Shown here piece by piece: positions 62,420 to 64,000 of a DNA stretch of 64,000 nt. The stretch's first letter is position 1, and the number at the start of each line of letters is the position of its first letter. Origin of the DNA: Phyllobates terribilis (Eukaryota); contig NW_027362768.1 of NCBI RefSeq assembly GCF_046119375.1, positions 185,628,001-185,692,000 on the forward strand. Reading direction: 5' to 3'. The notes beneath the pieces are model-generated. The model was given only the letters and a program-made list of their open reading frames with translations. It was not told where the DNA came from and searched no databases. Made by a program: the position numbers and the translations under genes.

Positions 62420-63516
62420 TACAGACCAAAAGTTTGGACACATCTTCTCATTTAAAGATTTTTCTGTATTTTCATGACTATGTAAATTGTACATTCACAC
62501 TGAAGGCATCAAAACTATGAATTAACACATGTGGAATTATATACTTAACTAAAAAGTGTGAAACAACTGAAAATATGTCTTATATTCTAGGTTCTTCAAA
62601 GTAGCCACCTTTTGCTTTGATGACTGCTTTGCACACTCTTGGCATTCTCTTGATGAGCTTCAAGAGGTAGTCACCGGAAATGGTCTTCACTTCACAGGTG
62701 TGCTCTGTCAGGTTTAATAAGTGGGATTTCTTGCCTTATAAATGGGGTTGGGACCATCAGTTGTGTTGTGCAGAAGTCTGGTGGATACACAGCTGATAGT
62801 CCTACTGAATAGACTGTTAGAATTTGTATTATGGCAAGAAAAAAGCAGCTAAGTAAAGAAAAACGAGTGGCCATCATTACTTTAAGAAATGAAGGTCAGT
62901 CAGTCTGAAAAATTGGGAAAACTTTGAAAGTGTCCCCAAGTGCAGTTGCAAAAACCATCAAGCGCTGCAAAGAAACTAGCTCACATGAGGACCGCCCCAG
63001 GAAAGGAAGACCAAGAGTCACCTCTGCTTCTGAGGATAAATTTATCCGAGTCACCAGCCTCAGAAATCGCAGGTTAACATCAGCTCAGATTAGAGACCAG
63101 GTCAATGCCACACAGAGTTCTAGCAGCAGACACATCTCTTCAACAACTGTTAAGAGGAGACTTTGTGCAGCAGGCCTTCATGGTAAAATAGCTGCTAGGA
63201 AACCACTGCTAAGGACAGGCAACAAGCAGAAGAGACTTGTTTGGGCTAAAGAACACAATGAATGGACATTAGACCAGTGGAAATCTGTGCTTTGGTCTGA
63301 TGAGTCCAGATTTGAGATCTTTGGTTCCAACCACCGTGTCTTTGTGCGACACAGAAAAGGTGAACGGATGGACTCTACATGCCTGGTTCCCACCGTGAAG
63401 CATGGAGGAGGAGGTGTGATGGTGTGGGGGGGCTTTGCTGGTGACACTGTTGGGGATTTATTCAAAATTGAAGGCATACTGAACCAGCATGGCTACCACA
63501 GCATCTTGCAGCGGCA
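62417..63516 (+). mobile_element. Second DD38E Intruder-type Tc1 copy, interrupted; nonsense codon at codon 26
   Basis: Near-identical to 8537-12624 without the LTRs; ATG 62831; GTC TGA AAA; homology stops after CAGCGGCATG. Confidence 0.88.
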
Positions 63517-64000
63517 TGACCGTGTACGGCCAACCCGGGTTCCACCGTTTAACCTGTTCCTCCCATTTTCCAGCACTCACCTTTTCCCACAAATAAAAAC
63601 ACTGCACCTGTAATTTCTTTGGATAAATTTGGCCACAGCTGCCATTTTATTAACAAACAACATTAACACATTAACAGTGTTATAAATAAATAAGAAGGGA
63701 GGGTTCTTGGAGTTAAAAATTAGATCTGGCATAAATTAAACCGAACTGGAACCACCATATTACCCTCAGCCGTCCATCACCAGCTCAAGAGCACCAAAAG
63801 CTCCCAGGGTAAAACCCCGTCCAGAGCCCAAAAACCAAATGTCAGATCACCCCGCTCAATTAACCAATTGGCTGTAATTTTAACCAAATTATTCCCACCG
63901 ACACTTCTGTGCCAACTCCAAGAACCCCACCCCCCACCAAGCCACTGCGACAAACACCCTACCTCATTTTTCTTTATTTTTTATTCACTTTTTTATTTTT
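63517..64000 (-). mobile_element. Unidentified insertion, possibly the 3' end of an LTR on minus
   Basis: Abrupt junction starting TG on plus (CA end on minus), AATAAA about 130 bp inside on minus; other end outside the window. Confidence 0.35.

Overview
Eukaryotic (vertebrate) DNA, most likely a frog given the compact GC-rich exons, the MITE/Tc1/Helitron families and the dense minisatellites; the species cannot be fixed from sequence alone. The window covers the conserved ERICH3(-) / CRYZ(-) / TYW3(+) block. It holds a complete 8-coding-exon cryz (zeta-crystallin/quinone oxidoreductase, 329 aa, 39135-42317, minus strand) head-to-head with a complete 6-exon tyw3 (267 aa, 46606-52823, plus strand). 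A second tandem cryz copy (7698-33970) has every splice site and reading frame intact except one TGA at codon 8. Its introns are swollen about 8-fold by a DD38E Tc1 carrying two inverted solo LTRs, a 12.7-kb 33-bp minisatellite and a head-to-tail Helitron dimer full of palindromic CCAAT repeats. The probable first coding micro-exon of erich3 lies at 5110-5129. Right of tyw3 is a Tc1 whose transposase is split by a hAT element and whose last 71 coding bases are amplified into 67 tandem copies. Most long ORFs in the supplied track are repeat artefacts.
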